From the human T2T-CHM13v2.0 reference genome, Homo sapiens, in NCBI RefSeq assembly GCF_009914755.1, contig NC_060945.1: a stretch of 64,000 nt of DNA. One strand, written 5' to 3'. Below, piece after piece: positions 28,047-44,998 of this stretch. Position 1 is the first letter of the stretch. Each line of letters starts with the position of its first letter. Both the position numbers and the translations under genes were made by a program. The notes beneath the pieces were generated by a model that saw only the letters and a program-made list of their open reading frames with translations, was not told the origin of the DNA and made no database searches.

Positions 28047-29609
28047 AGTCCCAATTCATCTCCCCTCCCAGGAGGACACTGTCTGCTTATACAGCTGGTT
28101 CTAGTGTTAACTTATTTCATTGATTTTGTGTACCCCATTGTGGAGTTAATCATCCCTGTGCTCCAGAACTCCTCCTAGAATCAATGACTAATGGGAAGAT
28201 TTTCTTCTACCTGGTTATCCTTCCAAAAACTTACGTGCTAATCTAAGTGGAAATTCTCTCCAAACATATATATGAACAAAAGCTGGCCTATGGAATACAT
28301 CTAGAAGATCCTTTACCTATATTTATATGGTAGATAGTGTTTAATATCAAAAAACATATAGTAATCTACACTTACTTTCATTTTCATATTGGATATACTA
28401 GGCAAAGTAGAAGTGGCCATTAGGAGCTCATGAGAGTAAAGCTTATCACAAATGTCTCAAAGCCTCAAAATTTCCACTATCATCAATCTACATGGGAGGC
28501 CCTGACCTGGCTAGTGCTTTTGGTGGTGAAAGGAAATGCTGCGGTCAGTTCCCAAGGCAGAAAAGAAGAGAGAGTCTAAAGATGGAATCCTGCTTAGGAG
28601 ATTTCCTGTGCCCCTCCACAAACTAAGATGAATTCCCCAGAGTTCATACATTTTGACTGAAGCCCAGAAATGTTACCTCCTATCATACACTGATTAAGAG
28701 CTAAAAACTACATGAAGCACTTACAGAAGGTTCCCCAGAACTGTAAGCACTGGGCACGGGTCACTGCCAAGCCACCTGCATCACCCGAAATCTGGGGCTG
28801 GGGCCAGGGCAAGTTGTGCTCACTTTTAAAAATAGGAACTCTTTACTGCTCCAAATTACAAACAGATGACCTATTCTCAGGTATTCCATCTAAACCATCT
28901 GCTGATTCCTGCTTGATGATTTTAAACCCATCCTTCCTAGGGCAAATGACACCAGAGATGTGGGCAGGCCTTAGACACGGCAAGTTTACTGCTGACACTA
29001 CTGACTCTCTTGATCATCTGGGGAAAAACTCTGTTCTGTACATCTAAGGGTGTGGCTTTTACTGACCATCTTTGACACACAAAAACAGAAAGTCAAGCAT
29101 TATTTTAGAGGCTGACAATATGGTTCATGACCATCAACTAGAAGGGGCCTTAATAGAAAATGGCTCAAATCAAGCATTTTAGTTCAAAGTCATGATGTGT
29201 AACTGACTCATGGAGAACAACTTTACACACATCACCTCACTCAGCAAGGGGCACAAGTGGGAAATCATTTGCCTTGGCGTGTGGTATATGAGGAAGTTAA
29301 TTTGCTCAAAGTTCAATTACCTAATGGGTACTTGAATAATAATTCTAATGGCCAAGGGGAGCATTGTGTGGCATATGCTTTGACTTTTCTGTAAGATGCA
29401 GCCTGCCCTGTGATGTAGAATTTTGGGGCCCTAATTGCACCACCACTATCTCTGTGCTACAGCAGACTCCAAATCCTTTTAAAGAGCATCTTGGTCCTCC
29501 CTGTGGTTATCTCTTGCCCACCTGTGGGAAGAGTGGAGTGGCCATGTATGCAGGCACACACCCATAGCAAGCTGCCCAACTTCTGTGAGAGAATGTTCCA
29601 GAAGAAAGT

Positions 29610-29913
<304 letters not shown>

Positions 29914-30166
29914 CAAAATGTTAACCTAACCTCCCTAATAAGCACAAGTTCCAGAGAAGAATGTCAGTCTACCTCAGTTCAGTGCTGAAGCCCACTGCTC
30001 TGCAATTAACTGGCCATACACAGGGGACTCCTCCTCCAACCCAAGGGGAACACATGCAAACCAGCTGAAGGACAATATCTGCTGAGGCCCACCTGCAAGA
30101 GTGGCCCCTGCTGTCTACCTGGCTCTCGTGTGGGAAAGGGCAGGACAGCTGAAGGCTAGATCTTAC

Positions 30167-30262
30167 CTGGAAAACAAGCAGGCGCTAAGTTTGAATCTTG
30201 AAACTTCCTAGCTTTCAGCCACTTCCTCAGCTCTATAAATTCAGACTTGTGGCTCTCATTCA
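30167..30262 (-). CDS. SETD4: SETD4 coding exon 2 (VNESHKSEF...APACFP)
   Basis: 96 nt; TAG acceptor, G|GTAAGA donor; in frame. Confidence 0.95.
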
Positions 30263-30629
30263 CTATCAGGCAAGGAGAGAACAAATGGTGATTAAAACCA
30301 CTATATAATCGGATTACCATTTTTAAAAGAACATGTCTGATGAAATGTGTCAGACAGACTTACACAATAGTAAGAATTGGTGTATCTAAACATAGAAAAG
30401 TTACAATAAAAACACAGTATTGGCCAGGCGCAATGACTCACTTCTGTATTCCCAGCATTTGGGAGGCCAAGGCGGGAGGACTGCTTGAGGCCAGGAGTTT
30501 GAGCCCAGCCTGCCCAACACAGAAAGACCCCATCTCTTAAAAAAAAAAAAAATACAATATTATAATCTGAGGACCACCACTGTACATGTGATCCATCAAC
30601 CAAAACATACTTATGCAACATACGACTAT

Positions 30630-30990
30630 ATTCATTCAATGTAATCCTAATCAAAATTCAAGCAGGCTTTCATACAGGAATTAACAAGATGATCCCAAAA
30701 TTCATGTGGAAATGTAAAAAGCCTAGAATAGCCCCAATATCTTTGAAAGATTGATTTTAAAACTTATTATAAAGCTACAGTAATCAAATTAGTGTGATAT
30801 TGTCAAAACAGACACAAATAGGTCAAAGGAACAACACAGAAAATAGGAAGAGGTCCACACGTAAATTTTTGACAAAGTGCAAAGGCAAATCAGTGGAAGA
30901 AGATAGTCTTTTCAATAAATGATGATCAAACAACTGGACCTCCATCAGCAAAAAAAAAAGTGAGCTTATCGATATCTTGTACCATATCCA
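30630..30990 (+). mobile_element. Old L1 ORF2 fragment
   Basis: AAAATTCATGTGGAAATG...TATAAAGCTACAGTAATCAA...AGTCTTTTCAATAAATG. Confidence 0.65.
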
Positions 30991-31275
30991 GTTGGATTTA
31001 CATAGGACTTTCCAGATGGCCAAGCACTTTTGTATTGAACAAGATACAGTATCTTCTTCAGACAGGGTTACCCTGAATTTGAAGTCATAAATTTACATCC
31101 AAACATTGATATCCTACAGATAGCTGAAGGTCAAGACCAGAAAAAGAAAGTTGGGAGTCATCCCCAGAGAAGACAGTTGAAACAATGAGTTAGTTATCTT
31201 CACATTCCCACCAGGATCTAAAAGAATACAATGGCACCATTAAAAAAGAGTGTTATTTAAGAAATATTCTCTTTG

Positions 31276-31823
<548 letters not shown>

Positions 31824-31873
31824 TCACAAAAGGATTTCTTTTTTCATTACTGGTACTAAAAGAAAAACCATAC

Positions 31874-31946
31874 CTCCTCTTGATTCAGAACTTCCGCAGA
31901 GTTTTCGTCTTCTGATCCGGCTTGTTCTCCCTTTTCCTTTCTGCAT
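31874..31946 (-). CDS. SETD4: SETD4 first coding exon (MQKGKGRTSRIRRRKLCGSSESRG)
   Basis: ATG at 31946-31944; 73 nt; donor G|GTATGG. Confidence 0.95.
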
Positions 31947-32260
31947 GCTAAAACTGTAGTTTCTTTTTTCTGAAATACAGTTCTATTTTTTCAAAAAGGA
32001 CAAAACTGTAATTTCTGTGGAAATGCTCAATCTAAAATAAAAAACATTTCTTTGATTTACTTTCCAGTTATATGATAATCACTGTTCTTTGTACCTTTAA
32101 GTATACAAATGTATGTTTTGGTAAACTGTTTCTCTCAAGTGCTTTTGTACATGAAACGTTTATACTGTGAGCTAAATCATGATCCCTACAGTAACAGAAT
32201 TCCCATTATATCAGTCCCTCTAAAACAGTTTTATCTTGCAGACCTAGTGACTACAGCTTA

Positions 32261-32780
<520 letters not shown>

Positions 32781-32879
32781 ATCTACTTCTAAAACATACG
32801 AGGGCAGAAATGAGCAAGAGACAAGAACTCCAGGCAATATTAATACCGCACTTCCGCAGTATAAGGTTCATTATTTGAC

Positions 32880-33950
32880 CTAACGAAAGTCGGCATGTCC
32901 AGCTCCAGAGGCGAACGGCGGCTGGTTCGGTGCGGGTCCCAGCGCTCAGTCCACAGACCGCGCCGGGAAGTGTCCCCAAGACTCCCGGGCCCTCGCGCGA
33001 GCTGTCCACCATCACCCTGCTGAGGACCACGTGAAGCCCGGTGACCGCCACAGACACAGGCACCGTCCCCGCCCCCATAGTCCTCAAACTCTAGCCGTGA
33101 GGCCGTCCTACGGTCCGACACACACCGCTCCCGCAGCCATAGGCCAGCCAGGCGAGCATCGGACCTCGGGCCTCAGGCTCCTCAGCTTTACGCAGCGCGC
33201 CGGAGCAACATGCGCTAAGTGTAGGACTCCACAAGATGAGAGGTTACTGCAGCGCACACGATAATGCCTGCCCTGGAGGGGACCTGCGACCTAAACTCAG
33301 TTCTTTTTACGCTGATGAATGAAAGACTAAGGAACGCACCCCGCCGACTCTGCTCCCGTTACCCGGGCAACTGGAGGCCCGACCCGGAAGTCCTACTAGC
33401 TCACCTAGGCGCCGGCGGCCGCTTCCAAGATGGAGGCTGCAGTGGGCGGGCCCAAGGCACGTGGAAATACCAAACAGCCCCAGATGAAGGCAAGTTAAAG
33501 GAACCGGCCAAAACTGCAGAGGGAGAGGCTGAAGGCTGTCGCGCCTGCCTGGTGTCCTTAAGCAATCCAAGTCCTCAGTCTCCCGGGTCCGCCCCTTCCG
33601 CCGCGGGCGGCAGCTTCCGGCTCGCGCATGCGCAGTGTTCGCGGACTCGCCGCCAACGCCCAGTACAGTCGGGGACGAGGTCGGCACACCCACAGCCCCA
33701 TAACCCCTACGTCGAGTCAGGGGTCAGAAAACCCAGTAACCCGCAGGCGAGCAAGCTGCGCACTGAAAAGCCGGCCTGCGGAGTCTTTCCTTACGAAGTT
33801 AAACCACCTAGGGCGCGCGGCCCTGTTCGCCCAGACCTCGGGCTTTCCTGCCAGGCTGGGTTTGCCGGGTCGAGTCACTTTGCTCGCCAATCCCCGCCCC
33901 CATTCCACCGTTTCATTCTGGCCCCAGGACCCGCCTCACAGGAAAATTCT
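32880..33950. promoter_or_regulatory. CpG-island promoter of SETD4, probably bidirectional
   Basis: High GC and CpG density; palindromic NRF1 site GCGCATGCGC 33624-33633; ETS/GABP CCGGAAGT 33384-33391 and CTTCCGG 33614-33620; YY1-like CAAGATGG; no TATA box seen. Confidence 0.85.
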
Positions 33951-34261
33951 AAATAATATATCTAAATACCCCTTCTTCCAATAGCGGGAGCTCGATTTCT
34001 GCCCCACCCACCCCCACTTTGATTATGGGCTATGCCTAGTAACTTGATTCCAAAGAGTACAGCCTGGAATGGTGTTGGGGACTACAGTGGAGAAACCTGG
34101 CAAACAGTACCTTACCGGGTGGTCAAGGATAACATCAGGAAGAAATCATGCTGATAGCATGTTCCTGTGGTGTCTCTCTCCAAAACCCTTCTATGGAAAT
34201 CTTCTATGGGGGAAAAAAAATTAGTACTCCTAAACATGTTTTCTGTCATGAAAAACAAGTA

Positions 34262-34863
34262 CAGTTGTCCCTTAGTGTCCGTGGGGGAATGGTTCCAGGA
34301 CCCTGCGGATACCAGAATTAGAATGCTCAAGTCCCTTGTATACAATGGTGTAAACCTAAGTAACAAAAGAGGCTCCCTAAAAGAAAATGAGATTTATCTG
34401 GGAGTAGCATTGCAATGGGAATATGCATGCCATAGTAAACTGTGTGCGTTTTGGGGGAGGTTGAGGCAAGGAGATGTTTTTAAAAGGAAAATGAAGATTA
34501 TATGAATTGCTTTAAATCAATTATCTTTGGCTAAAAGAATGAATAACAAAGGTAGCATCAGTCCAAAGTTGCTGGACAGATGTCCTTGCAGAAGGATTTT
34601 CTGTGTTTAAGATTGGGCCTTTCTGCAAGGTTAGGGTCTTTTGTGACAATTCTTGTTATGAGGCGTAGTGCATGAGAACCCTTCCTTCAAGGCCTTCCCC
34701 AGCTGCATTTATCAGGGTTTTGACACAAGTGACTCCATTTTGATTCTGCAACTTTCACAATGGTGTAATATTTGCATATAACCTATGCACATCCTCCCAT
34801 ATACTTTAAATCATCTCTAGATTACTTATAACATCTAATACAATGTAAATACTATGTAAATAG
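34262..34863 (+). mobile_element. MER2 (Tigger-type DNA transposon) left part, split by an LTR
   Basis: CAGTTGTCCCTTAGTGTCCGTGGGGGAATGGTTCCAGGACCC..., resuming at 34760 with TATTTGCATATAACCTATGCACATCCTCCC. Confidence 0.75.
34349..34759 (-). mobile_element. ERV1 solo LTR (MER34/MER39-group-like)
   Basis: TG...CA ends with 4-bp TSD ATGG (34345-34348, 34760-34763). Confidence 0.75.
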
Positions 34864-35000
34864 TGAAGGGGTGGCCTGCCGCTCCACACCTGTGGGTGTT
34901 TCTCATCGGGTGGGATGAGAGACTGAGAAAAAAAAGAGACACAGAGGCAAAGTATAGAGAAAGAAAAGTGGGCCCAGTGGACCGGCGCTCAGCATACGGA
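34864..35000 (-). mobile_element. HERV-K LTR5 (LTR5A/B-type) 3' fragment
   Basis: Reverse complement ends ...GAGAAACACCCACAGGTGTGGAGCGGCAGGCCACCCCTTCA, the typical LTR5 U5 end. Confidence 0.8.
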
Positions 35001-35522
35001 GCACAAATCCTATTTAAACTACAGATTCTAAACACAAATGATTTTATTCACCCCTGCCCCCCAACACTAAAAGATTTAAACACTAACATAGTTTCTAACA
35101 GCTGTAAACTAAACAAATCCTAAGCCCCTACTGACTGAATGGAACCCCTTTTGGCCAAGATGGCCCCAGAAAAAAACTTAGAAACTTAGTTCCCAGCCCT
35201 GATGGAATGTGAGGTCAGACATGCCTCATTATACCCTCTCTCTTTTACAGTTTAGATACAACTGGCCAGCATTGATGTTAAAATAGAGACCATGAGACTG
35301 ATGGAACAGACTTTTTGTGGCAATAAGATACAAAAATTATAAACAAGACCTAAGGCCATTCCAGGAAAGAGTTAAGTCACTTCAAGAATAAATTCTGTTC
35401 TAATGGTTACAAGTTTTTTCTTTTTCTCTAGCAGCTAAACAAGCACTCACCTCCACCTAAGCAATATTAAAACAATTACCGCTTGTGCACCACCAGATGT
35501 TAACTAACCCCCTGTTCCACAA

Positions 35523-37268
<1,746 letters not shown>

Positions 37269-37558
37269 CACAAGCCATAACTACAGCTTTGATTAGACAA
37301 GAGACTGATTTCAACAACTTTCTCCTGATAAGAAGATCATGGACTATGGAATGGACTGGTTCTGGTTTACAGAGGCTGTGTACTTGCGTGCCTTGATGTC
37401 CTGAAAGACCTTTTGACAGATAGGGCCTAATGGTAATACATTTAAATGTCAAGTCACCATCCCAAAGTGAATATACATGAGTCGTATGTTACATGCATGT
37501 TTCTTCAATATGCATGTATCAGGACCACCTTCATGAATATTCACAGCTCCTCCTGTAA

Positions 37559-38014
<456 letters not shown>

Positions 38015-38079
38015 CTCCTTTTCTAAATTTATACATTGTGAGTTGTTTTTGGTTTTTTCTTTTTTTTTTTTTTTAACAC

Positions 38080-38957
<878 letters not shown>

Positions 38958-39239
38958 GAATTCAGTAAATTGCTTGAGTTAAATAACTACTAAGCACCTA
39001 AGCCACAGATTGATTCCAGGTCTCAAAGTCCATGGTCTACCGCTGTAGAAAGGCTTATTGAATATCCTAAACAAGCATAAAATGCAAGAGGAACACAGCC
39101 AGTGTCAAGCAGATCCGTGAGGGTAAATAATCAAAGGAACGACCTGGAGAACCTCACAGTTCATAATTTAACAATATTATTTTCCAACATCTTTTCTTTT
39201 AATATATACCATGGAACTGTGTTTTGGGCTTTTTTGTTT

Positions 39240-39560
39240 TTGTTTTTGTTTTTAGATTCGGGGGTACATGTGCAGGTTTGTTACATCAGTGTATTGCCTG
39301 ATGCTGAGGTTTGGGCATCTAATGCTCCCAAGTAGAAAACATAGTACCCAATAGTTCGTTTTTCAACCCTTACCCCCTCCCTCCCCCTTTTGGAATCCCC
39401 GGTGTTATTGTTACCATCTTTTGTGTCCCTGTGTACTCAAATGTTTAGCTCCCACTTATAAGGGAGAACATGCGTTATTTGGTTTTCTGTTTCTGCGTTT
39501 GCACAATAGCCTCCAGCTGCATCCATGTTGCTGCAAAGGAAATGATTCCATTCTTTTTTG
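39240..39560 (-). mobile_element. L1PA/PB 3' fragment
   Basis: GGGGTACATGTGCAGGTTTGTTACAT...TTTAGCTCCCACTTATAAG...CATCCATGTTGCTGCAAAGGA. Confidence 0.8.
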
Positions 39561-39602
39561 TGGGAACTATGTTCTTTAGTTGCTTTAAACTAGTGGGTAG
39601 TA

Positions 39603-39715
39603 GTGCTCGTTTGGGCAGCACATATACTAAAACCGGAATGATACAGACAAGATTTAGCATGGTGCCTGGGCAAGGATGACATGCAAATTCATGAAGCGTT
39701 CCATTAAAAAAAAAA
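39603..39715 (+). pseudogene. U6 snRNA retropseudogene
   Basis: GTGCTCG...GGCAGCACATATACTAAAA...ATACAGA...CAAGGATGAC...GCAAATTC...GAAGCGTTCCAT followed by an A tail; TSD AGTGGGTAGTA at 39592-39602 and 39717-39727; several substitutions, including ACAGAGA box changed to ACAGACA. Confidence 0.93.
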
Positions 39716-41529
39716 CAGTGGGTAGTAAAGATATGAATTCATTCCACAGGTTAATTGATGTGATAAAATTCTTTATCTATATAGCATCCAATATAGTCTC
39801 AGACCTTTGATTCTCACAACTAAGGCATGTCTTCCAATTTAGCCAATAGCAGTAATAGCAGAGATCTGGAAACTCCATCTTTAAATTTCTGTTTTATTTC
39901 TTAAATTGTTCAGAATCCAGACAAGGTGCTACATATTGGAGGCTCTTCACACATACCACCAGAATCAAGACCCAGATGTAAGAGAGACAACAATACAAAA
40001 CCATCCAAGTAGAGCTTAATTCACAGGCTTTAAATTATGCTTTTCAAAAACAAATTTTCAAAAAGTTTCCCATAGTCAAACCCATCAGACATTTATGATT
40101 CTTCCCCTATTTTTATGCTTATAAAAGAAAGCATTTTCCCCTACTGAAAATAAAACTTTTACTTTTGTTTTCTTTTAGTTGTTTTATGGATTCATTTATA
40201 AATCACTGTTTCTCTCTCTTCGGAAATTATTTAGTGTATGTTGTAAGGGATCTTTTTTCTTTCCAATCATTATGCCCTTTCCCCAGTGCTAATTTTGGAA
40301 TAATTCTTTCCCTCACTAGTTGTTAAACCACCTTTATCATACAGTAAATTCTTGTTAATATATATTTTATATATTTTCCGGAGCATCCTGCCTAATGTAC
40401 CTGTCAATTCTTATGTTGGTTCCAGTCCTAAAAAAATAAATCAGACTCAAACTCATGATTCATAGTCCTCATAGGATTTGCCTTTTGAAACAGCAGGACC
40501 CTCACCCTGTCCAAAGTTCCCTGTACACCATGTGCTATTGCTGACTGGCCCTCTTAATAAATTTAATCCATCCACTCTAACACTAACTCACACCAGCTAC
40601 AGAAGACAGTAGCTAGTGCAGTGGAGAGAACCCAGCCAATGACAGACCCAACACGCACACACTGGGATAGGAAAGAAAATCCAAAACAGAGCTCTGAATT
40701 ATCCTGAGTGGAAAAAAAAAAACCAAAAACAAAATACTACAAACTGTATGACTCCATCTATGTAACATTTTTGAAACAACAAACTTGTAGAAATGGTGAA
40801 CAGATTAGTGGTTGCCATGAATTAGAGTTGGTTTGGGGAGTAACAGAGAGGTATGTTTGGTGATAAAAGTGCAACAGGAGGGCTCTTTGTGCTAATAGAA
40901 ACATTTTCATTTAACTATAGTGGTGGATACACAAACCAACATTTGATAAAATTATATAGGACTAAATACATACACAAAGTACACATCAAACTGGGGAAAT
41001 CTGAGTATGATTGGTGGACTGTTTTGTTGTCAATATCTTCACTGTGATGTTGTACTATACTTTTGCAATATGTTACTATTGAGTGAAACTGAGTAAAGGG
41101 TAAGGAATCTCTGTATTATTTCTTACAACTGCATGTGACTCTATAATTAGCTCGACAAAAATTTCAGTTGAAAAAAAGCAAGGGTCTTTCCTTGATTATT
41201 AACTTGTTTTAAAGCAACTGATTGGAAACCTACCTTGAAATTGCAATGTAATTGCAATCTATTTAAAGCAGTGGTGTTCAACAGACCTTTCTGCAAGGAT
41301 GGAAATATCCTAAATCTGTACTGCCCAATACAGTGACCACTAACACATGCACATATTGAGCACTGGAGATGTGGCTAGTGCAACTAAAAAACTGAATTAC
41401 AAATTTTGCTTAATTTGAATTTATGTTTAAATGGCCACCTGTGATAGTGGCAACCTATGGGACAGCACAGAAATGAAACTTGACCTTATTCCCAATTCCC
41501 TTGTAAGTAGGAAGGAGGAACACTCACTT

Positions 41530-42336
<807 letters not shown>

Positions 42337-42889
42337 ATTTCCCACCACTGAACTAAGTTATAAATTCTGAGGATGGATCCCTGTTTCTTCATTTTAAGAT
42401 GGGGATTAAAAGGTACATCCTAGAGTGTTATTGTCCGTGTAAAATAGGGCTGTGAAACCCCCTACACCTATGCACAGATAAACTGATGGCCCTGCAAATG
42501 CCCAGAGAAGTAACCTTATAAAGATTTAGTGAATGTTTCCCACCATTATTGGAAAATCTGGCTAAGTCAGTAGCTTTGTTTTCATATACTTAGGGGGAAA
42601 ATCAACAAAAACTTGATGCCCTGTTATTTCCTTCCAGTTTCTTCTGCAACTCTAGCTCCAAAGACTGCAGTTCCTGCAGTATTTTTTTTTTTAGAACACC
42701 AGGAAAAAAAGAAAAAAAAACCATGCAAATGTACTATTTCTTCAAACACAACTAGGAATGATTGAACAGCTGGGAGAATATGAAGAAAACCCCTCAGAGA
42801 ACCAAGGGCAAGCAGTGAGTTCAGATCTAGGCACATGGCCACTAGGAATGGTTCTTCACTGCCACGTGGGCAGCCAACAGCCAGTAGCT

Positions 42890-43545
42890 AGAGACCAGCC
42901 TCGGTCTTCGGCCTGCGGGTTCTGCAAAGTCAGGCTAGCTGGCTCTCCGCCTGCTCCGCACCCCGGCGAGGTTCCGGTGGGGAGGGGTAGGGATGGTTCA
43001 GCCCCGCCCCGCTAGGGCGGGGCCTGCGCCTGCGCGCTCAGCGGCCGGGCGTGTAACCCACGGGTGCGCGCCCACGACCGCCAGACTCGAGCAGTCTCTG
43101 GAACACGCTGCGGGGCTCCCGGGCCTGAGCCAGGTCTGTTCTCCACGCAGGTGTTCCGCGCGCCCCGTTCAGCCATGTCGTCCGGCATCCATGTAGCGCT
43201 GGTGACTGGAGGCAACAAGGGCATCGGCTTGGCCATCGTGCGCGACCTGTGCCGGCTGTTCTCGGGGGACGTGGTGCTCACGGCGCGGGACGTGACGCGG
43301 GGCCAGGCGGCCGTACAGCAGCTGCAGGCGGAGGGCCTGAGCCCGCGCTTCCACCAGCTGGACATCGACGATCTGCAGAGCATCCGCGCCCTGCGCGACT
43401 TCCTGCGCAAGGAGTACGGGGGCCTGGACGTGCTGGTCAACAACGCGGGCATCGCCTTCAAGGGTATGGGGAGGGGACGTGGCCTCCCCGAAGAAGAACC
43501 GATGCACTGGGGCTCCTGGCGTCTGCGGGGTCCATAACGCCTCCC
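42890..43545 (+). promoter_or_regulatory. CBR1: CBR1 CpG-island promoter with GC boxes and proximal XRE core
   Basis: CCCCGCCCC and GGGCGGGG at about 43002-43022; TGCGCCTGCGC (NRF1-like); GCGTG at 43049-43053, 122 nt before the ATG. Confidence 0.85.
43175..43463 (+). CDS. CBR1: CBR1 exon 1 coding (MSSGIHVALVTGGNKGIG...NNAGIAFK)
   Basis: Kozak GCCATG; SDR motifs TGxxxGIG and NNAG; 289 nt; donor G|GTATGG. Confidence 0.98.
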
Positions 43546-44008
43546 TAGGGAGGAGAGGGAGGAGCTAGGAGATGCAGGGAGTGCAGAAACCTTGGAGAAA
43601 GTGAGAGTTTTCCAGCCAAAGGGAACTTTGTGTTTCCCTGGCTGGGACTCTTGGGGATCTTTTTCAGGTTTTCTGCAGTTTTTCTGAATTGAGCTTTAAG
43701 GCAACTGGATGGATTTTGAACTGATTTTAAAATAAACGACAAATTGCAAAAAGAAAAAATGGTTATGCCAAGATCCAGTGTGTGCACCCTTCATCCTCCT
43801 TCCCCCAATGGTGCCATCTTACAAAAATACTAGAACATGATCAAACCAGGAGATTGACATTGGCACAATACTGTAACCAGATACAGACTTACTTTAGGCA
43901 GAGGGCACTAAGTTTTTGTTTTTTTTTTTTTTTTTTTTTAGTATCATTGTATAGAATTTTACCCCATGGGTACAATGTATTAACTATGTTCTCTTTCTCT
44001 CCTAAAAG

Positions 44009-44116
44009 TTGCTGATCCCACACCCTTTCATATTCAAGCTGAAGTGACGATGAAAACAAATTTCTTTGGTACCCGAGATGTGTGCACAGAATTACTCCCT
44101 CTAATAAAACCCCAAG
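44009..44116 (+). CDS. CBR1: CBR1 exon 2 (VADPTPFHIQAEVTMKTNFFGTRDVCTELLPLIKPQ)
   Basis: 108 nt; pyrimidine tract + AAG acceptor; AAG|GTGAGT donor. Confidence 0.97.
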
Positions 44117-44873
44117 GTGAGTCTGATGGGAAACAGCGCACCTTCTCTTTGGGGCTTGATTTGGCCCCTGCTTGCCTGGGATTTCTCCTGCAGGCTCCTG
44201 CTTCCTCTCCATGCTGCACGTGCACTGACCTCTGTGCTTTTTCTCCTGCCAGCTGATATGTGCCATTTTGCCTCAGGACTTTGTCCTCACTTCTCCCACT
44301 CCCATGGCCATTCGTCCTCCCTGTCGCACTGGTCTTTGCACACCTGGCTGACTCTCATCCTTCAGGTCTTAGCTCAAACGTCTCCTGAGAGATGCTCTTT
44401 ATTTGCTCCATTCCCCTCCGCGTGGGAGTCCATCCTGTACCCTTTCTCTGCTCTTTCAGAGAGATCTTATTCAGGCTGGTGGAGGCTTTACTACCACCAG
44501 TTCATTAGGCCCTTCTAATACCTGTCACCTGTCTGAAACACTCCTTAAGCTCCCAACCACATGGTTGTCTTGCTGCCTTTCCATCTCTTCCTGATGCCTT
44601 TCCCCACAATCTAAGATATTTCCAGAGGATCCCTATCCTTTTCCCTAAGTCGTTTGGGACACAGACCCCACCACCCACCCACCAGGATCCTGCAGGTCAC
44701 CATGCCCCACCCCTCATAATCATTTACTAGGTCCTAGGAGTTGTGCCCACTGAGTTCCTCCTGAATCCGTCTCATTGCAGCTCTACAGCAGGCCCTCACC
44801 TGTCCCTCTGGACAATTGCAAACCCTCACAAGGCACCTCTGGTCTTGAGTCTTTTCCTCTTTTCCTTTCCCAG

Positions 44874-44998
44874 CATCCTGCGTACTGTCTGCATGGTCAT
44901 GCCTCTCCCAAAATCCTTCAGGAGGAAAGTCCAAGCCCTTAGCATGGTTCACAGAGATGTCCATAATCTGCCGCTGCTTAACTCTGGGCCCATTTTAA
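44874..44998 (+). CDS. CBR1: CBR1 alternative exon-3 start giving a 173-aa truncated isoform (...KPQ-ASCVLSAWSC...LGPF*)
   Basis: Long pyrimidine tract CTTTTCCTCTTTTCCTTTCCCAG acceptor; phase-compatible with the exon 2 donor; stop TAA 44996-44998; agrees with a recalled short CBR1 isoform. Confidence 0.7.

Noticed and set aside
27587-28178. Repeated 63-aa ORFs and a CRISPR-like periodic array
   Set aside because: Head-to-tail 68-bp units with no unique spacers, in eukaryotic DNA; the ORFs arise from the repeat period.
33264-33956. 230-aa + strand ORF over the SETD4 promoter
   Set aside because: Stop-poor GC-rich CpG island; no recognisable domain.
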